Shown piece after piece: positions 58,175 to 64,000 of a stretch of DNA of 64,000 nt. Each line of letters begins with the position of its first letter. Position 1 is the stretch's first letter. This DNA comes from Octopus vulgaris (taxonomy: Eukaryota): positions 17,732,001 to 17,796,000 of the forward strand of contig OX597814.1 of NCBI GenBank assembly GCA_951406725.2, in the 5' to 3' direction. Below the pieces are notes generated by a model. It was not told the DNA's origin, searched no databases, and saw only the letters and a program-made list of their open reading frames with translations. The position numbers and the translations under genes were made by a program.

Positions 58175-58281
58175 AGCAGAGGACACTTGCCCAAGGTACC
58201 ATGCGGTAGAACCAGGCTTCTCAACCACACGGTCCTGCGTTCAGTTCTACCGCATGGTACCTTGGGCAAGTGTCCTCTGCT
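58175..58281. repeat. Perfect 38-bp-stem hairpin made of head-to-head SINE family A fragments
   Basis: 58175-58212 is the exact reverse complement of 58244-58281; 31-nt loop. Confidence 0.93.
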
Positions 58282-58304
58282 ATATATATATATATATTAT
58301 ATCA

Positions 58305-58673
58305 TATTATATAAAATCTGTTCTGTCTGTCTATCTGAGTGTCTTCTAGGATCTCGGGCATCCTCCATTCGATTGCGCTCAAATATGATATGTAGATACC
58401 GACGGTATTAGGACGTGTATAATTCTTGAAAAAATTACAAAAATCGATTCCAGAGGAGAATGCAATCGATAAAGCCGTGGGAACGTGCATTTGTACGTGC
58501 AAGTATATCAGTCGAAATCCGTCTTTTGATGGTGTCTCAAATTTAGGTTAAATGAGTGTTTCTCAAAGGGGAGGCCTATGGGACGGTCGGACAAGTTATT
58601 TTGAGAAAACTTGGTTTAAATGTTTGACAACTCAGCACCGTCCATTCGATGGGGGGAGGGGCGTTTTGCTCGT
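58305..58673 (+). mobile_element. Helitron-like non-autonomous element
   Basis: 5' tatataaaatctg + (ctgt)n + cgattgcgctcaaat motif, 3' GC-rich imperfect hairpin then ctcgt (degenerate CTAG); second copy at 17177-17615; no TIR/TSD. Confidence 0.6.
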
Positions 58674-58960
58674 GTATATAAGCTGAAACTTAAAGAAGAA
58701 AAAATATATATATATAAAGGAATGAATAGATTCGATGGATAGAGGGCTGAAAATGTTTGTATGACAAAGGGCAATGAATGTGTCTGAGTATGTACGTGAA
58801 TGTGTGTGTGTGTGTGTGTGTGTGCGCTTGTGTTTGTGTGTAAATGAGAGAGGGATACTATTTGGGTTACTATCTGTCTGCCTCTCTGTTCCTTCTCCTT
58901 TTCTTCCTTTTTTTATTTTTATTTCTTTACTTTTTATTTTATTTTTTTTGTTCTTTTCTT

Positions 58961-59183
58961 CCCTTTTACGATACCTCTCGATCGAAAACCTACGCCAGCC
59001 CTTTTTTTTTGTTTCTTTTGTTTTTTGTTTTTTTCATCCCCCAAAAATTATATGGTGGTGCCCCAGCATGACCACAGCTCGTGAGCTGAAACTAGATAAA
59101 ATAAAATAAAATAAAAAAAAAAAGAAAAGCTCTACCTTGTAACTTGTCCAATCTGTGTGCAGCCCTGTGGCCAATAAAGAAAC
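58961..59183 (+). mobile_element. Family F 3' end with nested short SINE tail (59053-59115)
   Basis: Matches reverse complement of 2232-2351; nested tggtgccccagcatgaccacagctcgtgagctgaaactaga also at 32724-32768 (minus). Confidence 0.75.
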
Positions 59184-60149
59184 TTATATATGGATATATG
59201 TGTATGTATACGTGTTTGTGTTTATTCTCTGTAGTCCAATCCTCACACACACACAAAGAATATATGTACGATTAGATTTCTTAGCGAATATTTAGTTTTG
59301 TCTACGAACATATGTATTCCTGCATATTCGCATAAAGTGTATGAGCTGTACATATTCATTTGTCTTTCTCCTCCTCAACACACATATATACACACACGCG
59401 TGTGTGTGTAATGTGTAAGATACTACTTTTTGTGAGGATATGAGAAAAACAGACCTCCCCTCTTCTTTTTCCTTTTTATTATTTTTTTTTTTTCTGTCGG
59501 TCGAGCTATTAACAAAACTGGACAGGCTTGAGTGAATATAGCAGCCATTGAATTCTCTCCCCTGCTGGGAAATATGGCATGTCTACGTTAGGTGTCAAAT
59601 CCGGCAACAGCCACTTCATTGTCAAGATGTTGTAGTTCTAAGTATGTGTGTATGGATGTGTGTGGGCGTGTAGATGTGGAGAGGTTTGTTTGGGTGGTGG
59701 TGGTGGTGGTGGTGGTGGTGGTGATGGTGGTGGCGGTAGTGGTGAGGATGGCGGGTATGTTGGTGACAGATAATAGGTGGATTTGAAATCACGGGTGTCA
59801 GAAGTACTCACTACGTAGGTAGATGAAATGAAGGGTTGTGTGAGTGAGTGGAAAACGGAGAGGTTTAAGGAACGAAAGTCAGGGTGACGGGAATGTCATT
59901 TAACCGGGAGAAGGAAGAGGAGAGAGATGGTCAGTGTACGATGGGGACTTAGACGGAAGGATGAGTAAGACAAAGCATGTTTCGATGTATAGATGGTTAG
60001 GTGCACGAATGAGTACTTGGTTGGCTGACTTGTCGGACGGTTGGGTAGATGGATGCGTAAGTATAACAATGGATGGTAAATAGACGGTTGGAGGGATGGA
60101 TACACGGATAGATATATGGACCAGTACAGCTTGGTTGTTTGGATGGATG

Positions 60150-60243
<94 letters not shown>

Positions 60244-60377
60244 CTGACTGATTAATTGATTGATTGATCAATTGATTGACATACGAGTACCACCATAATA
60301 AATATATAAAAACCATGATATATGGATGCATGCATCAATGAATGGATTGATGACTACATAAGTGTATATGGATATTC

Positions 60378-60724
60378 ACTCTTTACTCTTTTACTCTTTT
60401 ACTTGTTTCAATCATTTCACTGCAGCCATGCTGGAGCACCGCCTTTTTTAGTCAAGCAAATCGACCCAGGACTTATTCTTTGTAAGCCTAGTACATATTC
60501 TATCAAGTCTGTTTTGCCGAACCGCTAATGTACGAGGACGTAAACACACCAGCAACGGTTATTAAGCGATGTTGGGGGACACACAAACACACACACACAC
60601 ACACACATATATACTTATAGATAAATACGACGGGCTTCTTTCAGTTTCCGTCTACCAAATCTACTCACAAGGCTTTGATCGGCCCGAGGCTATAGTAGAA
60701 GACACTTGCCCAAGGTGCCATGCA
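60378..60724 (-). mobile_element. SINE family A, 5'-truncated
   Basis: ctctttactcttttacttgtttc...gacacttgcccaaggtgcca. Confidence 0.9.
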
Positions 60725-61401
60725 ATACAAGTATGGATGTAGAATGCCTTTGACCCATTGAGTGAACCAGTTAGTTCGTTCCAGTTCCTCTACGGCGTTT
60801 TCGTCTCTGTTGTCTTTCTTCCATTCATTGTTCATGCTGTTTTCAGCTCAACATCAGGGATCATACTAACCTCTAAGTCCTTTCCCAGGATGTCTCTCCT
60901 CCAGAACCTTCTAGAACATTAGCTATCAACCATTTTTTTTTTACCTGTTGACCCCTATGAATCCTCTTTTACTCAGTGTGTGTGTGTGTGGGGGTACCTT
61001 TACAGCCATTTGATGTCTAAAAGCTCCTGTTATATTTTTATGATTCAACATCAATAGAAATTCTTTTAAAAAATGCTTAAATATTTTGTGTATCGTAAAA
61101 ATATAACCAGTATTATTGCACATAAGTTTTATCAAAATCTTATATGGACACCCACCAGCCATATGGAGCCCCACCGGCCATATGGGCCCCACCAACAATA
61201 TGGATCTCACCCTCACCAACACCGGCCATACAGAATCCGGCTGTAACATAATCGGTACGCCATCGATAGCAGGTGCGTAACGAAGCTATGGGCACTGCTC
61301 CATCTTCCAGAGCTTCAAGTGAAGACAGAAATAGGAGGAGAAAAGTGTATGAAAGAAAGGTAGGAATCACAGATAGCCATTAGATTAGGTGGTATCAGTT
61401 T

Positions 61402-61872
61402 GAGCTGGCAGAAACGTTAGCACACCGGGCGAAATGCTTAGCAGTATTTCGTCCGTCTAAGGGCGGCGAACTGGCAGAAACGTTAGCACGCCGGGCGAAA
61501 TGCGTAGCCGTATTTCGTCTGCCGTTACGTTCTGAGTGCAATTTCCGCCGAGGTCGACTTTGCCTTTCAACCTTTCGGGGTCGATTAAATAAGTACCAGT
61601 TACGCACTGGGGTCGATGTAATCGACTTAATCCCTTTGTCTGTCTTTGTCCTCTCTGTGTTTATCCCCTTGTGGGTAGTAAAGAAATAGGTATTTCGTCC
61701 GTCTTTATGTCCTGAGTTCAAATTCCGCCGAGGTCGACTTTGCCTTTCATCCTTTCGGGGTCGATAAAGTAAGTACCAGTTACGCACTGAGGTCGATGTA
61801 ATCGACTTAATCCCTTTGTCTGTCCTTGTTTGTCCCCTCTATGTTTAGCCCCTTGTGGGCAGTAAAGAAATA
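61402..61872 (+). mobile_element. SINE family B nested inside another family B copy
   Basis: Outer TSD ggtatcagtt (61392-61401 / 61873-61882); inner copy 61459-61689 with TSD gtatttcgtccgtct (61444-61458 / 61690-61704). Confidence 0.92.
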
Positions 61873-62207
61873 GGTATCAGTTGAAGGGGAGACTGGTTTT
61901 GAAAAGTGGGTGTGGGAGAAGAAATGAGAAAGACAAGAAGGGAGAATAGGAAGAAGAGAGGTAGAAAGAAGTTGGTGTTAGTTATTAAGAGGGCTGACCG
62001 GTTTAAAAAAATGTTTTGGGACCAGGACTAACTGACCATCCCACATGTCCTTAATCTGCCAACACTGCTACAATACAAAAGCGCAAACAACAACAGCAAT
62101 AAAATAACAATAGTAATAATAATAATAATAATAACACGAAAATTTTAAAAACAAACTTCAGAAAAGAAAAATAAGAACAAAATACTATGAAACAAGTGTC
62201 AAGGCAA

Positions 62208-62352
62208 CCTCCTCCTCCTCCTCCTCCTCCTCCTCCTACTACTACTCCTACTCCTACTACTACTATTACTACTACAACTACTACTGCTGCTACTACTACT
62301 ACTGCTGCTACTACTACTACCACCACCACTACTACCACTACTACCACCACTA

Positions 62353-62428
<76 letters not shown>

Positions 62429-62430
62429 CA
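62208..62430. repeat. (CCT)n-(CTA/CCA)n microsatellite
   Basis: Direct reading. Confidence 0.95.
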
Positions 62431-62528
62431 CTTCCTCCACAACTCCCACCAATGCAAACTACCACCCACTGTGTGTGTGTCTGTGTACATATACATATAT
62501 ACATATATATATGTACACATAAATAAGT

Positions 62529-62605
<77 letters not shown>

Positions 62606-63385
62606 AACAGAAAGGCAGAGACTGACAGATATAACCGAAAATTATTTACCTAAATTCTTTCATAGGTCCCTGAAAATTACGAATATACGGCATAGGAAAA
62701 AGGTACGCATCTCTTTATAGCTTTTATTCAATCGAACGTAGGATGGCTGAATAGAATTTTCAATCCGGGTGGCTTTGAACTGCACAACGTAAAGAGGCGT
62801 AACTGAACGTAGCAACACCTTTCTTCTGACATTCTATCTATTCAGTCATAACTTATTATATTGGTAAGACATAAAGTCTATGACGAGCTTACTGAGGTAG
62901 ACTTTATGGCTTTTAAATCTATGTCACAAATTTTTAGTACGTCGCCTCTACCTTAAATCTTTTTTTTTTATCATTGTATTTCTGTTTTATGACACTATAC
63001 TGCAAGTTGTTTTCCTTGTTGACCGAAAAAAACCTATGATCAAAGCATGTTTGTCGTGGCTACCCCGCCTTTCCATTCCGAGCATAATGTAGTGTATGAT
63101 CTGCAGGAACAATGGCTGCTCTTTCTTTCGTGTCACCTCATCATGTTGAATTCTCCGAGTCAATAATGTTTCAGTGCTCAACTCAGCTTTATCACATGCG
63201 GTGTTCACTGATTAAACAACACATTAGATGTGTGTTTCAGCCATTGCACCCGTGCATATCTCCGGTCTGTCATGATCGAAGATACTTGAAATCAAAGGTG
63301 TTCTAGATGTGAAAATCCCATCTTTTACAGATTAAAGACTACTTTATGCAATGTTTCCTTACTGTTGTTAGGACAGAAATGTGTG

Positions 63386-63667
63386 GTGGAGGCACATGGC
63401 CTAGTGGCTGGAGCACCGGACTCGCGGTCAAGGGATCGCGGGTTCGAATCTCAGACCGGGCGATTGTGTGTGTTTATGAGCGAAGCACCTAAGCTCCACG
63501 CGGCTCCGGTAATGGCGAACTTCTGCTGACTCTTTCACCACAACCTTCTCTTACTCTTTCCTCCTGCATCTTGCAGCTCACCTGCGACGGACCGGCGTTG
63601 GGGAACCTTTACGCCAAGGAAACCGAGAAACCAGCCCTTATGAGCCAGGCATAGCTCGAGAAGGAAA
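63386..63667 (+). mobile_element. SINE family C with 13-bp TSD
   Basis: acagaaatgtgtg at 63373-63385 and 63668-63680; A and B boxes intact; homologous to 40786-41088. Confidence 0.93.
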
Positions 63668-64000
63668 ACAGAAATGTGTGATGAAGGAGATTTCTTGCAA
63701 ATCTGGCAGCAGTTAGACACTCCCTCATTAACTTGTATGACATTATGATAACGATAACAACTGCAAAAACAAGAGCAGCAGCAACAGTGATTTAAAGAAG
63801 ACTTGCCAGCTATTTCCAGCAGGTCTTGTGACAGCTAAGGGACTTCTTTGTTAGTATACTTGTTTGGTTTATTCTTCTAATGACTTTAAAAATATACTAC
63901 CTCACTAAATGATCTTTTTAGGTAAATGTACACTCATTCATCAACTACATACTATACGCTGGGGTGTATTAACATCGTTATAGGTTTCTAAGCAAAGCAG

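Overview
AT-rich, extremely microsatellite-dense eukaryotic DNA. The tRNA-derived SINE families and (TA)/(CA)/(GATA)/(TAA) load suggest a mollusc, most likely an octopod cephalopod (inference). Almost every ORF in the supplied track is a microsatellite artefact. Supportable content: (1) one candidate two-exon minus-strand gene or pseudogene (13688-13627 + 12483-12042) for a ~167-aa secreted glycoprotein with weak lipocalin-like motifs and an in-frame TAA in its signal-peptide-like first exon; (2) many SINE copies of at least four families, several with clear target-site duplications, one nested in itself; (3) 3' fragments of two restriction-like-endonuclease (R4/Dong-type) LINEs sitting in (TAA)n, plus a decayed polyA-tailed LINE; (4) a fold-back mariner MITE built from two inverted 5' ends; (5) Helitron-like non-autonomous elements; (6) Penelope-like terminal repeats carrying minimal hammerhead-ribozyme-like folds with non-canonical cores and stem covariation; (7) a ~230-bp near-identical inverted repeat 25 kb apart, a ~950-bp tandem duplication and several perfect palindromes. 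No rRNA, real tRNA, CRISPR or recognisable conserved gene was seen.
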